The notes: generated by a model not told the origin, from the sequence alone. A DNA stretch of 64,000 nt from the human T2T-CHM13v2.0 reference genome, Homo sapiens (GCF_009914755.1 NC_060941.1); one strand, 5' to 3'; positions 29,625-46,879 are shown, counted from the stretch's first letter. A program made the numbers and translations.

Positions 29625-31731
29625 ATTGTTAATAGTTTAGAATAATTTTTTCACCTTCACAATTTTTTGGTTGTGTTATACAGATTTTCCAGTTTGTCTG
29701 CCAAATTTGAGAAAACCACTAAAGGAGTATTTTACATATTATGAATCATAAGACTTTGATTTGGCATATCAAGGTATCTTACCTTGGCACATTTGAAAAA
29801 ACACGTGGCCATAGAAACATACTAAGAAGACTCTGCAAGTCTCAGAAGGGGCTAGTGCAAGCAAGGGACCAGGAAACTCAAGTCTTAGTGGCTTTAGAGC
29901 ACTTCTGCTGCTCAGGAGCCAAAGAGAAAATGGACCAAGGAGATGTTGCTTGAACACAGTAATCTCAGTGGGGCCATGGGCTAAGGCATGTTACTAGGAA
30001 TGAAGAAGAAATACATATTTGATTTTTACATGTCTCCTTTAAGGAGGAATATAATTGATAGGATTTCGGTAATTGACTTTTCGTAGGGGTTATGCAAGGT
30101 GGAAAGGGAGCAAACAGGGAAGACCAGCAACTTTCTGGCTTGAGTCACTGGAGGAGCTGATGTCATTGAGGCTTGAAACATGACTAGGAGATAAGATCTG
30201 TGAGTATAATTAAACTTGAGGGTCTGTGTGGTAATTGAGTCAGCAATGTGGGTCTGGAGAGCAACCTGGGTGATGGTGAAACTGACGGGGTTGAGAAATT
30301 GATGGTGCCATCAATCAGCGGAATGTTGGAGCTGGAGTCAGGGATTTGCCCCTTTGCTGCAGCCAAAGAAGCCCTATAATTACTGAAAGCCAGGCTGATG
30401 GCCCTAGAAGTATCATAGAGGCTTGGCTTGCGGCAAGCCCTACCTCTCCAAATGTGCTGGCTAGAGTATCTCATCCACTGTTTCCACTGCCACCACCACA
30501 CCCTCTTGTTAAACTTGATTTAATATGTCTCACGACAAAAAGCCCCGAGCACAAAGTTCATAGGCTTTTAGTGGGCTAACTGTCTCAGTTTACAGTCAGG
30601 TAACAAATCAGGGCATTTTTTTCCCACTTCTGTAAGTTCTAGTTGATTCTTTTTATCATCTTTTCTGCCTATTATAACCAGTCTTTTTTTCCTTACTCAT
30701 ACTCTCTTATTCTGACTTATTCCAAAATAATTTTAAACATTCTTACTTATGTTTTGTGTCTGATAAAAACAACCTCTGAAGTCTTTTCTGTTCTACTGTT
30801 CTTTATTATATCAGCTTATTCTCACTCATGGTGTCTTTTTTGTTGTATGCTTTGTCGTTGTTTTCTAGTTTAGTTTTCATTTTGACCTTGTATTCACTGG
30901 AAATTTCTCAGTACTACAGTAGGAATTCTTTGAGGTCTGCAGTGGGAACAAATTCCCTGAAAAAGATTATGTTTGATCCTGCCTGGAGGCACTGTGAATT
31001 CCTGGAATTACTTTAGACTAACATCTCGATTTATTAGTTACTTTGCTTGTTTTTAGAATATGTTTTTAGATTTCCAAACCAAGTAAAAGCCAGCCCACAG
31101 TTGCAAATTATGAAGGGAGACTTTTTCTCTTTACCCAAAGACAAGGTAGTAGTAGGAAACCGTCTTTGCTGTCTTTCTTCATAATGTAGATTTCCGTATT
31201 TGTCTTCCGATACTCTATTTTGCAGAGCGTTTTCCAGATCCACAGGAAGTTTTGTATCCAACTCTTCACTTCATCAGGTATATAAAGGAAGTTTTGTTGG
31301 GAAGGTGTCATGTTCCTAGACTTAGACTTCTTTCTCTGGACAGTTGCTAAAAGTGAAGATTTGGGTAACAGAGTAATACAGATGCCCTTAGGGTAATCAG
31401 CAGCTTCAGAGCTCACTTTGCTGGATTCATGAATTGGCTCTGTAATTGGCCTCTAAGGATTTTCCTCATTTTCTCGCCAGCTCAGTCACACATGTAAAAT
31501 GATCATTTTTAGATATTTCATTCCTGGTGGGTTATTCAGATTATTGCTGGACCTGGAAGTCAACCATGGTTTTCTTATACGTTTCCCAGCCCTGCACAGC
31601 ATTTCTAATTGCTTTCTTTTCTCCTGTTGATAAGAGCATGGTGCGTCTTTTACCATACACTCCAATTATCTAGCTTATCTTTCATATCTATAAGGAATCT
31701 ACTGCCTTCACACCCATTTCTTGGAGACCTT

Positions 31732-32980
31732 TTTTTTTTTGTCTCAACTTTTATTTTAGGTTCAGGGGATACATGTGCAGGTTTATTACGTGGGTAAATT
31801 ACATGTCATATGGGTTTGTTGTACAGATTATTTTGTCATCGATAAAAGAAAAACTTTAGCTGAATTAAATTTAATGGAGTTTAATTGAGCAATGAATGAT
31901 TCACAAATCGGGGAGCCCCCAGAATCACAGCAGATTCACAGAGACTCCAGCGCAGCCACGTGGTGGAAGATTTATAGACCAAAAAAGGGAAATGACGTAC
32001 AGAAATCGGCAGTGAGGTACAGAAACAGCTGGATTGGTTACAGGTTGGCGTTTGCCTTATTTGAACACAGTTTGAACACTTAGCAGTCTATGAGTGATTG
32101 AAATATGGCCTTTGGGACCAGGCCAAGGCTCAGTTACTGTTACAGGCACATACTCCTAAGTTAGGTTTTCAATGTTGTCTGACTATTAAGGTAGGTTACA
32201 GTTCATCCATCCACAAGGACTCAAATATAGAAGTACAGAGTCCTTCTCAGGTCATATTTAGTTTGCTTTAACATCATCCAGGTAATAAGCACAGTACCTA
32301 ACAGGTAGTTTTTCCGTTCTTACCATTCTCCCACCATACACCTTTACACCCTTAAGTAGGCTCCTTGTTCCCTTCTTTGTATCTATGTGTAGTCAATGTC
32401 TAGCTCCCCCTTGTGAGAACATGCCATATTTGGTTTTCTGTTCCTGTGCTAATCGGTTAAAATAATGGCCTCCAGTTGCATCCATTTTGCCGCAAAAGAC
32501 ATGATTTCAATATTTTTTATGGCTGTGTGGTATCCCATGGTGTATATGTGTATACCACATTTTCTTTATCCAATCCACCATAGACGGGCACTGTGGTTGA
32601 TTCCATGTCTTTGCTATTGTCAATAGGACTGCAATGAACATATGCATGCATGTGACTTTATGATAGAACAATTTATATTCCTTTGGGTATACACCCAGTA
32701 AGGAGATTGCTGGGCTGAAAGGTAATTCCGTTTTAACTTATTTGTGAAATCTCCAAACTGCTTTCCACGGGGGCTGAACTAATTTACATTCCCACTAGCA
32801 GTGTATAAGCATTCTCTTTTCTCTGTAATTTCTTATTTTTTGACTTTTTAATAGTAGCCATTCCGACTGGTGTGAGATGGTATCTCCTTGTGGTTTTGAT
32901 TTGCATTTCTCTAATTATTAGTGGTGTTGAGCATTTTCTTATATGCTTTTTGGCTGTGTGTATGTCTTCTTTTGAGACTT
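31732..32980 (-). mobile_element. 5'-truncated L1 (L1PA15/16-like), split by MER57A1
   Basis: PolyT, 3'UTR and ORF2 end in antisense. Perfect 17-bp TSD CATTTCTTGGAGACCTT at 31715-31731 and 32981-32997. Confidence 0.92.
31840..32273 (-). mobile_element. MER57A1 solo LTR (ERV1)
   Basis: Reverse complement begins TGTTAAAGCAAACTAAATATGACCTGAGAAGGACTC. Perfect 4-bp TSD TCAT. Confidence 0.88.
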
Positions 32981-34962
32981 CATTTCTTGGAGACCTTGAA
33001 CATTCTACCCCACTATGAACCAGTGACTTTTCAACCACCATCCTGAGATCTCTTTTCTCTTGCTAGGGTGAACCTACTATTTCCTGAATCCAATGGCTTC
33101 CAATATTTTGAATGTTTCTGCATTTTCCTTATCATTTCATTAAACAACTTCTCAGTTATTGGACACTTTTAAGTCCATTCACATCTAAAAATGCCTTTAT
33201 TTTGCTCTCAAACTTGATGGATTTTTTTGTATGAAATATAGGTTTAAAATAAATGACCTGAGCTTCCAGTTTTACTTCCAGCATCTGAAGAGCTCAGAAG
33301 TCATCACTCTTGTCCTCACAACAAGAAAAAAGCTGAACACATTAATAATCAATAACTTTTCTTGGACCATATTGAGAATTGAAGTCCCAGGGCAAACCAC
33401 CTTATAAAATCTGGAGAGACTAGCAAATTCAGAGTCACAGCCAAGATATTTCTACCTAGAGCAACAGTCACTAAAGCCTTAAACTTAAATCTTTATCACT
33501 AAAGATATTCACATGAAAGTGAATATCTCCTAGGGCTGCACACTCATGGGTTTTACTTCCAGGAACCCCACCAGGTTCTTGCAGTGAAGAACAAGGAAAG
33601 ATCTCCTGGTTTTATATGTATATATACATACATATAATAGCAGGGGGAGGAAAAAAGAAATCTTTTGGAAATGCCCAGAGTATTCTCTACAACAAAGGAC
33701 TACTCTCTAAGGGGCATGACTTTTCCAGGGCCTATGAGAGCCAAGGAGAAGGTCACTTACCCACCTCTGGTCCTCTCTATCCTTCCCGTCTCACGTAAGC
33801 AGAAAGAAGGAATGCTAGGAAACATTTGTGAAAGTCACAACCCAGGAGCACAGTTCCACTGAAATATTTAATCATAAGATTTTAGAGTGCTTTCACTATC
33901 CTACACCTTACTACCATATCAACAGGGCCCCAGTATAAAAACTGTATATTAGAGTTGTAAGAGGAGCAATGTGCAGACCCTATTTAAGAAGGAGTTCCTA
34001 GGGAATCCCAAAGACAATAGGGAAGACAAAAACAGGGACACTAGAAGAATTTGAAGCTTCTGTCACGTACATCTACAGGAAACGTTAAACAGCCCAGCAC
34101 CTGGCCAGATTAACATAAAACCTCACATTAAAGTGCTTTTACCTCAGTTCATACAACCAATACATAATGCCCAGCTTTCATTAAAAAAATTACAAGGCAA
34201 AAAAGTAACACAGAGCAAAGACAGAAGGCAAGCATCAGGACCAGATTCTTACAAGACACATATTTTGGAATTATGAGACTGGGAATTTAAAATAAATGGG
34301 GGAGGGGCTCAAATAAAAAAAATGATGAGCTGCAAGAATGATTAATAAAATAAGCAAAGAGATAAAAACCCTAAGAATCAAAATAAAATGTTAGAAACCA
34401 AAACACAGTAACAAGCATGGAGAATATCTTTAATGGTTCCATGAGTAGACTGAATGTGGCTGAGGAAAGAATCAGTGAGCTTGAGGATATGTCAATATCA
34501 GCTTTCTAAACTGAAATGCAAAGAGAGAAGAATTTTTTAAATACCGAAAAAATATCTGAGAAATATGGGACAATTTCAAAAGTATAAAATATACACAATT
34601 GCAACACTAAAAGAAAGAGATAACAGAGTAGAAAAATATTTGAAATAATAGTGGCTGAAAATTTTCCAAAAGTAATGACAAATACAAAACCACAGATCCC
34701 AGAAGTTCAGAGAATGCCAAGATAAATACCACAAACTATGCCTACTAGGTACATTATATTCGAACCAAAAAAAACTAAAGACAGAAAATCTTGAAAAAAG
34801 CAGAGCTGCGATTTGGAAATTTACCAACAGAGGATAAGTTATACAAGCTAGAAGAGAATGGAGTGAAATATGTAAAATGTTGGGAAAAGAACAAAACTCA
34901 CCAACCTAGAATTCCATACAAGAGAGTTTTTTTTTTAAATTTCTAATTTTTAAAATTAGAAA

Positions 34963-37442
<2,480 letters not shown>

Positions 37443-38748
37443 AAAATTAGGAAGAAATAAATACTTTCTTAGGCAAATAAAAACTGAGAATTTATCATTA
37501 GTGGAACTGCCCTGCAGAAAATGCTGGACAAAGTCATTCAGGAAGGAGAAAAACGTAGTAAGTTAGCAACTTGGATCTACATAAAGAAGGAAACAGCATC
37601 AGAGAATGCATAAATGAAGGTAAAACAGCATCTTTTACCTCTTAAGTTCCAAATTGACCTAAAATAACTTTATCTAAAGCAATGATAGTGACAATATATT
37701 GGGCAATTATAGCATATGAATAAATAAAATAAATGGCAGTATCTCGCCTGGGACAGGAAAGAAGAATTAAGAAAAGTCTGTTAAGGTAAATGCACTACAT
37801 ATAAAGTGGTAGAATATTATTTAAAGGTGAAATTGTGCTAGTTGTAAATGTGTTGCAAACTGTATGGCAAGAACCAACATTTTCGTTAAAAGAAATTTAA
37901 TTGATAGACTAAAGGAAGAGCTAAAATGGAATTATGCAAAATGTTTAATTAAAACCAGGGAAGACAGTAAGAGGAGAAAAAGAAGAAAAGAAACAACAAA
38001 TACAATAAATAAAAAACTGTTACAAGCATGATGGATATTCACCCAAGTATTTCAATAATCACTTTAAATGTGAATGATGTGAATAAGCCAATTGAAAGAC
38101 AGAGGTCTGCAGAGTAAATTTTAAAAAAAAGCTTAACTGTATGTTTACTCCAAGAAACTGACATTAAATATAAAGATAGACCAAAAGTAAAAAGAAGGAG
38201 TGACATATACTGTGGTAACACTAATCAAAAGAAGGCTGGAATTGCTATATTAATTTCAGCAAATTTCAGGAAAAAATTATCAGGGATAAAGGGGATAATT
38301 ACATAATAATAAAAGGGTAAAATTTCCCAAAAGACATAACAATCCTTAACCTAACAGCAGAGCATCAAAATATGTGAAGCAAAGATTGACAGAACTGTAA
38401 GGAAAAAAATACATTACACCACTATTATTGTTGGAGACATCAGTACCCCTTTTTCCATAGTGATAGATGAAGGAGGCAGAAAATCAATGAGGATAAGGTT
38501 GAACTGAACAGCTGTGTCAATAAACTTGACCTAACTGGCATTTATAGAGAGCTCTATGCAACAGCAGAAGAATACAAATTCTCAAGCTTACATGGAATAT
38601 TCACAAAATTCTGTGCCACAAAACACAGCTTAACAAATTTAAAGTAGTAGAAATCATACAGAGTATTTTTTCAGACCACTATGGACTTAACATAGAAATC
38701 AGTAACAGAAAAATAGTGGAAATATCTTAAATATTTGAACATTAATTT

Positions 38749-38955
38749 TTATCTCAGTTCATTTTCTGCTGCTATAACAGAATACCACAGACTGGATAAT
38801 TTATAAATAAAAGAAGTTTATTTGGTGTGTGGTTCTGGAACCAGGGAAGTCCAAGAGCAATGTACCAGCATCCAGTGTGAATCAACCCACTGGAGAAAGG
38901 TGGAAGGCAGAAGGGCAAGAGAACTCACGTAAGAGAGTTCACTTTTGTAACAAAA
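38749..38955 (-). mobile_element. MST (MSTC/D-like) MaLR LTR fragment
   Basis: TTTTCTGCTGCTATAACAGAATACCACAGACTGG..AATTTATAAA..GGAAGTCCAAGAGC. Confidence 0.75.
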
Positions 38956-38986
38956 CTAGAGCAGAAGTCAATGAATTTAAAAGCAC

Positions 38987-39023
38987 ATAATAATAATAAT
39001 AATAATAATAATAGTAATAATAA
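38987..39023. repeat. (TAA)n microsatellite
   Basis: Read directly. Confidence 0.9.
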
Positions 39024-39565
39024 TGAAAATCAACAAAACCAAAAGCTAGTTATTTGGAAAGACCAATAAAAATGGGAAAACTCTTGCCAGGATAGCTAAG
39101 GAGAAAAAAGAGAAAAAACACAAATTACTAATAGCAGACATGAAAGAAAGATCATTGCCACTGATCACATAAACATCAAAAAGAATAATAAAGAAACAGT
39201 ATGTAAAACTGCATGCCCACAAATTTGATAATTTAGATAAAATGGACAAACTCTTTGAAAGACATAAATTATCAAAACTCAAACAAAGAGAGGCAGATAA
39301 TTTCAACAGGACTATATCTATTTTAAAATTAAGTCAATAATCAATAACTTTATGAAAAGAGAGCACCAGGCTCAGGTGGTTTTCGTGGTGAATTCTAGCA
39401 AACACTAAGGAAGAAATAATATGAATTTTCTACGATCTCTTCCAGCAAACAGAAAATTTAACACTTCCTAACTTATCCTATGAGGCCAACATATTACCAT
39501 CACACTAAAACCAGATAAACTCATTATAAGAAAGAAAAACCATAGACCAATATTTCTCATGAACA

Positions 39566-40061
39566 TGTGGTAGATAGAATTATACACCCCTATCAACCCT
39601 CACCCCCAATGGTATCCACATTCTAATCCCTGGAATCTGTTACCTTACATGACAAAAGGTACTTTGCAGATATTGTTAAGGCCTTTGAAATGGAATGACT
39701 ATCCTGGATTAACTGGGTAGGACTAATGTAATCATAGGGATCTTTAAAAGAAGAAATGATAGGGTCAGAGTCAGAGAGGAGATGTGATGACAGAAGCAGG
39801 TGTTGGAGTAACATTCTCTGAAGATGGAGGGCGGGGCCAGTAGCCAAGGGATACAGTAGGCCTCTAGAAGCTGGAAAAGGCTTGTAAGTAGATTATCTCT
39901 TGAAAATTCCAGAAGGAATGAAGCTCTGCCAACGTCTCAGTGTTAGCCTGTAACACTCACTTCACACTTCTGACTTCCAGAACTGTAAGGTAATAAATTT
40001 TTGCTGTCTTATGCCATTAAGTGTGTGATAACTTTTTATAGTAGGAAAAGAAACTAATACA
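39566..40061 (+). mobile_element. MLT1D solo LTR (MaLR)
   Basis: TGTGGTAG...CTAATCCCTGGAA..GGCCTCTAGAAGCTGGAAAAGGC..CTTCTGACTTCCAGAACTGTAAG..AAACTAATACA, interrupting L1 ORF2 at GAACA. Confidence 0.85.
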
Positions 40062-43000
40062 ACATAGATGCAAAAATGTTTAACAAAATATTAGCAAACC
40101 AGATCAGAGAAAATGTAGAATAGGAATTGTACACCATGACCAACTGGACTTTATTCTAGGGCTGGCTCAACATTTAAAATGAATTAATGTAATTCACAAC
40201 ATCACCAGGATAAAGAAGAAAATCATCTGGTCATGTCAATTGATACAAAAAAGCATTTAACAAAATCCAATACCCATTCATAATAAAATTCTCAGCAAAC
40301 AAGGAATAGAGGGGACTTCCTCTACTCTGTAAGGAATACTTACAAAAATCCAACAGCTAACTTCATACTTCCTGGTGAGAAACAGATGCTTCCTTACTAA
40401 GATCAGGAACAAAGTAAAGATACTCCTTCACAGCACTCCTATTCAACATATTACTGGTAGTCTTAGTGCAATAAGACAAGAAAAGGAAATAAAAAAAAAA
40501 GATTAGAAAGGAATAAATAAAACTGCCTTTGTTCACAGATAATATTATTTTCTATGCATGAACTCTCTTCAAATTGACAAAAACAATCCCCCAAACCCTT
40601 CTGAAATTAATAAACAAATGTAGCAAAGTCATAGGATTAAAAGTTAATATATGAAAGTCAATTATTATTGGAATTTGAAATAAAAATACCATTTACAATA
40701 ACACCAAAAACTGACATACTTAGGTGTACATTAAACAAAATAGCTACAGGAACTGTACGTGGAAAACCACAACACTATGTGAAAAAAAATCAAAGATGAT
40801 CTGTTTATGGTTTGTAAATCTCAATATTGTTAAGACATCAACTTTTCCCAGCTTGATTTCCAGTTTTAATGGAATCCCAATCAAAATCTGAGCAAGTTAT
40901 TTTGTAGACACTGACAAACTGATTCTGAGCTTACACAGAAAGGCAAAAGACCTAGAATTGTCAGCACAATGCTGAAAACTGCAGAACAAAGTTGAAGGAC
41001 TCACATTACCTGATTTTAAGAGTTGCTATAAAACTATAATAATTGAGAAAGCATCACATTGATGAAAGAATAATTATATAGATCAGTGGAACACAATAGA
41101 CAGCCTAGAAATAGACCCAACAAAGTATAATCAACTGACCTTTGACAAAGGAACAAAGATAATTCAATGGAGGAAGAATAGGCTTTCCAACAAATGATGC
41201 AAAATATCAGAGAGGCAAGAGAAAGAAAATGGATCTAAACACAGACCTTAGTACTTTCATGAAATTTAACTCAAAATGGATCATAAGCCTAAATGTAAAA
41301 TGCAAACAATAAATCTTCTAGCAGAAAACACAGGAGATATATATATATATATACATATATATATATCTCCTTGGATTTGATGAGTTTTGATGAGTTTGAT
41401 GAGTTTTTAGATACAATAAGATAAGTACAATTCAAGAAAGAAAAAATGGTAAATTGTAGTTTATTATAATTAAAAAATTTTATTCTGCAAAAAACAATGT
41501 TAAGAGAATAAAACATAAGCCACAGATGGGAGAAAATGTTTACACAACACATATCAGATAAAGTACTTGTATCCAATATACAAAGAACCCATAAAACTCA
41601 ACAATAAGAAAACAAAAAATCTAATGACTAAACATGCAAAAGATCTGAACAGATACCTCACCAAAGAAGATGGTGACATATAAGTTTACAAAAAAATGAT
41701 CAATATTATTTGTCATTAGGAGACCCCAAACTAAAACAATAATGAGATACTACTCCTCACTAATTAAAACAGCTATACTTTTAAAAAATGACAATACGAA
41801 ATTCTGGAAAACATGTATACCAACATTGCTGGGGTAGATAGTGATACAGCCACTTTGAAAGACAGATTGGTAGTTTTTTTTACAGTTATATAGTTTTGCC
41901 ACACAACTCAGCAATGTACATAGATATTTATAGCAGCTTTATTCATCATCACCACAAAATGGAGGCAACCAAGATGTCCTTCAATAGGTAAATCACTAAA
42001 CGTTTGTACATTCATACAACAGAATATTATTTGGAATTTTCAACATTAAAAAGAAAAGATCTAGCCATGAAAACACATTGAGGAATCTTAAACACATATT
42101 GCTAAGTGAAAAAAGACAATCTGAAAAGGCTACATATTGCATAATTCCAACTCTATGACATACTGGAAAATACAAAACTAGTGAAAAGACCAGCGGTTGC
42201 CACATGTTTGGAGAAAGGTGGGAAGGACTGAACAGGTAAAACCTAGGTAATTTTTTAGGGTGATTAAACCCTTTAGTTTGGTAATACAATGGTGGATACA
42301 GACATCATGCATTTGACAAAACCATAGAATGTCATAGTAGAGTAAACTTTGATGTGTGCAAATTAGACAAAACCAATCCAACCTCAGTGATGTTTACGAC
42401 AGGAAAAGTTCAACCTAAGTAACTTTGAAAATGGGTGGATTCTGTAATTCTAAAGGTAAAAGGATCTGCACAAAAGGACTATACTTTGGTTGATAAAGTT
42501 GCTTCCCATGGGTGTAGAGTTAACAATTCTGATTCTGTATATGTATACTGGAATTGAACAATCAAGTTCAATCAACTGGATGGCAGATAGTGGGAAACAG
42601 GTTTCTTACTGTGGGAATGGTAGTTTATAGGTAAGCAAGGAGGGGGCTAGAATAATCCATATGGTAGTTAATTATAGCTGAATTCATATTTAGCTTAATA
42701 TAGACCCAGATTGTTACCTATAGAAATATTTATAGATGCGTGCATAAATATGTAATAGTATACACACATATATTTCCTTGCTGTGTCAGCTTAGAGAGCC
42801 TGGAAGCAGTAGTACCCCAGTAGTAAGGAACACACCTTCCTCAGATCTTATTTTCAAATACCATCTTCAATAAAAGAGGCAAGGCTCTTTGGATAAATGG
42901 CAGATTTTAGGATCAGGTCAGGAAATATACAAGATGAGCCTGGAGTAACTTGTCATGATAGAAAGTAATGAGGTGCTCAAAAACCAAAAAAATAGAAACA

Positions 43001-44179
43001 AAAACACAACAAACACACATTGATGGGGTTATGTCAAAGGTACACAGAAGCCAACCGAAAGAGCTCCTATGACCAAAGCTGGAATAATTTGGGCGAAGTA
43101 AAAATGTAATATTGGATTATAACTCAAATTATAAAATAAATATTAGTGAGTCCAAACTGATATAAAGAAATGATTGATTAATGGGGGAAAGAGGCAAATC
43201 TCTCGGCAGACATAGTCTAAATAACTTACATGGATGTTCTACTTTCGTGGAGGTGGATCGTGAGGCCCCATTCCTTAAATGTGGCTGTGCGTAGTACAGT
43301 ATGAAAAGGGGGAAAAAGAGTAACGTTACCACAGGAAAGCCTGACAAACCTTACCCTAGCCAGGTAATAAAGGTCAACATCCATAGTGATGTCTTGTTGA
43401 TAGTATTTACCCTTGGTAGGAAGTGAGGAGAATGACGTTTTACTTCTGCGATCTTCTTCCCCTAACCCCATAACCTCAGTCTATACATGAGAAAAAAATT
43501 AGACACCTTATAAGAGAAGGACATCCTACAAAATCTGACCAGTATTCCTCAAAACTGTCAAGGTCATTAAACACAAGGAAGTTTGAGAAATGGTCACAGT
43601 CAAAGGGAGTCTAAGAAGACTTGGCAAGTGGCACACTGGATGGGATCCTGGAACAGAAAAAGGACATTGGGTGGAAGCTAAGGACATCTGAATAAGTATG
43701 ACTAGTATTGGTTCATTCATTGTAATAAGTGTACCATTGTAACAAATGTAACAAAAAGATTGTAAAATATTAATAACAGAGGAGGCTGAGTGCCAGGTTT
43801 ATGGCAACTCTGTATATCTTATATATTGTTCTGTACACTATCTTATCAATTGTTCTGTACATCTACATATGTTCTAAAACATGAGGTCTATGTTTAAAAA
43901 ATTACCCTCAGAACCATGAAGGCAGTGTCTTTTAGTAGCCAGTGGTGTTCATGAGAAATAAGATTGTTGCTCCTTTTGGGAGATAAGAATTTTTCCCCCT
44001 TTCTCTTCTGGAAGTTTTCAGACATTATTTATTTTGTTAAATCCATGCTGTTCTTAAGTTTCCTGACAATGTTTCAGATGTGATCTTCTGTCATTCATCT
44101 TAATCTTCACACTATACTCTTTTTATGCTGAATAATTTTGTATTTTTTTCCGGAGTTTCTTTTATTACACATTTGATCA

Positions 44180-44326
44180 TTTTCTTTTCCTTTTCTTCTC
44201 TTTCTTTTTCCTGCCTTCCTCCCTTTCTCTCTTTTTTCTTTTTCTTTCTCTCTTTTCCTTCCTTCCTTTCTTTGTTTCTTTCTCTTTCTCTTTCTTTCTT
44301 TCTTTCTTTCTCTTTTTCTTTCTTCT

Positions 44327-44381
<55 letters not shown>

Positions 44382-44458
44382 ATCTCTTTTCTCTCTCTCT
44401 TTCTCTCTCCTTTTTCTTTTTTTTTTCTTTCCTTTCCTTTCATTTTTTTTTTTCTTTC
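44180..44458 (+). repeat. Pyrimidine tract of about 280 bp including (TTTC)n; expanded tail of the adjacent antisense Alu
   Basis: Contiguous with the 3' end of the Alu at 44459. Confidence 0.9.
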
Positions 44459-44720
44459 TTGCCCAGACTGGGATGCAGCAGTTTGATCTTGGTTCACTGC
44501 AACCTCCACCTCCCAGGTTCAAGCAATTCTGGTGCCTCAGCCTCTTTACTAGCTGGAATTACAGGCATGCACTACCATGCCTGGCTAATTTTTGTATTTT
44601 TAGTAGAGATGGGGTTTGTCATGTTGGCCGAGCTGGTCTCGAACTCCTGTCCTCATATGATCTGCCTGTCTCAGCCTCCTAAAGTGCTGGGATTATAGGC
44701 ATGAGTCATCACACCTGGCC
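44459..44720 (-). mobile_element. AluS (Sx/Sz-like)
   Basis: Antisense dimer ending CACACCTGGCC. Confidence 0.9.
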
Positions 44721-44736
44721 TCCATTTTCTGATCTC

Positions 44737-44738
<2 letters not shown>

Positions 44739-44779
<41 letters not shown>

Positions 44780-44969
44780 GCTTCTTTTTTTTTTATTACT
44801 ATACTTTAAGTTCTAGGGTACATGTGCACAATGTGCAGGTTTGCTACATATGTATACATGTGCCTTGTTGGTGTGCTACACCCATTAACTCGTCATTTAC
44901 ATTAGGTATATCTCCTGATGCTATCACTCCCCGCTCTCCCCACCCCACAACAGGCCCTGGTGTGTGATG
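44739..44969 (-). mobile_element. Short 5'-truncated young L1PA 3' end with (GT)19 in its tail
   Basis: TATACTTTAAGTTCTAGGGTACATGTGCACAATGTGCAGG..CAGGCCCTGGTGTGTGATG. 13-bp TSD TTTCTGATCTCTT at 44726-44738 and 44970-44982. Confidence 0.9.
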
Positions 44970-45185
44970 TTTCTGATCTCTTTTCTAGTTACTTCTTTTA
45001 CTGAGATGTTTGACTGCCTGGAACTAACTCTTAATTGCCTTCTTCATTCTGTCTACTTCTATAATTCTGATCTATGTTTTAGGAGAGGTACCCTAACTCT
45101 ATCTTGCAATCATTCTACTGATATTTTATTTTTAATTTCTAATAACTCTTTTATATATTTTTATTTTTCACTTTTTAGCACACTA

Positions 45186-45644
45186 TTTTTTCTTAAGTTT
45201 TTTTTCTTTTTTTTAACTTTCATTGTACATTCAGGGGTTTGTTATATGGGTAAATTCATGTCATGGGGGTTTGTTGTACAGACTATTTCATCATCCAGTT
45301 ATTAAGCCTAGTACCAAAACAGTTATTTTTTCTGATCCTCTCCCTCCACCTGCCCTCCACCCTTAAGTAGGACCAAGTGCCTGTTGTTCCCCTCTTTGTG
45401 TCCATGTGTTCCTGTCATTTTGCTCCCATTTATAAGTGAGAACATGTGGTATTTGGTTTTCTGTTTCTGTATTACTTTGCTAATGATGATGGCCTCCAGT
45501 TCCTTTCATGTTCCTGCAAAGGAGATTATCTTGTTTTTTTTTGTGGTTGCATAGTATTCCACAGTGTGTATATACCACATTTTCTTTATCCAGTCTACCA
45601 CTGATGGGCATTTAGGTTGATTCCATGTCTTTGTTATTGTGAAT
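45186..45644 (-). mobile_element. L1PA15/16-like 3' end
   Basis: PolyT plus antisense 3'UTR and ORF2 end. Confidence 0.88.
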
Positions 45645-46261
45645 CAGCATTGTATTTTTAATAGATTCATTTCTACTCAAATTTTATTGAGGCTAAGACA
45701 TATAACTATCTTATTTGTCATTGTTTTACCTGATTTTTGGGGTTATTCTGCTCAGTTATGTTGCCTTTCTTTTTTCCACGCTGCTGATTTTTATCATATA
45801 CCTTATAATTCTTGGTTTCCTTTTTATATGTAAGAATTAAGAGGCATGCTGATAGTTGTATGGAGTTGATGTAAGGCTTCTGTGCACATTTATAGGTAGG
45901 TCTGTCTTGCTGCTGGGCTTCTGGGAAGAGGGAGGCTGGTTTCCCTTCAAGGTGGCCTGAAGTAAGAGAACTTACTGCCTATGAAGTTAAGGTTATTCAG
46001 GTGCAGAACCATAAGGGCTTTACTCAGTACCAAAAGCAACTCATTATACAAACTCTTCCTGAGAAATTTGTTTAACTTACTTAGAGGAGGGATTTTTATA
46101 TTTTTTACTTTTGGAGGAAATAATAGACTTCCTAGGCTCAGGGTGAAGGCAAGGTAGATGGCACTGCCATTCATGGTTAAACCTTCAAATAATTACCTTC
46201 TGCCTCTTTCCCTCCTTCCAGGCTTCAATCCACTTTTGTGCCTGTCATCTCCAATCTAGGA

Positions 46262-46879
<618 letters not shown>

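Noticed and set aside
41375-41410. TTTGATGAGT x3, and the 26215 triplication, as CRISPR-like arrays
   Set aside because: Head-to-tail tandem copies with no unique spacers, in eukaryotic repeat DNA.
44112-44698. Long ORFs over the (TTTC)n tract and Alu
   Set aside because: Low-complexity and Alu-derived.
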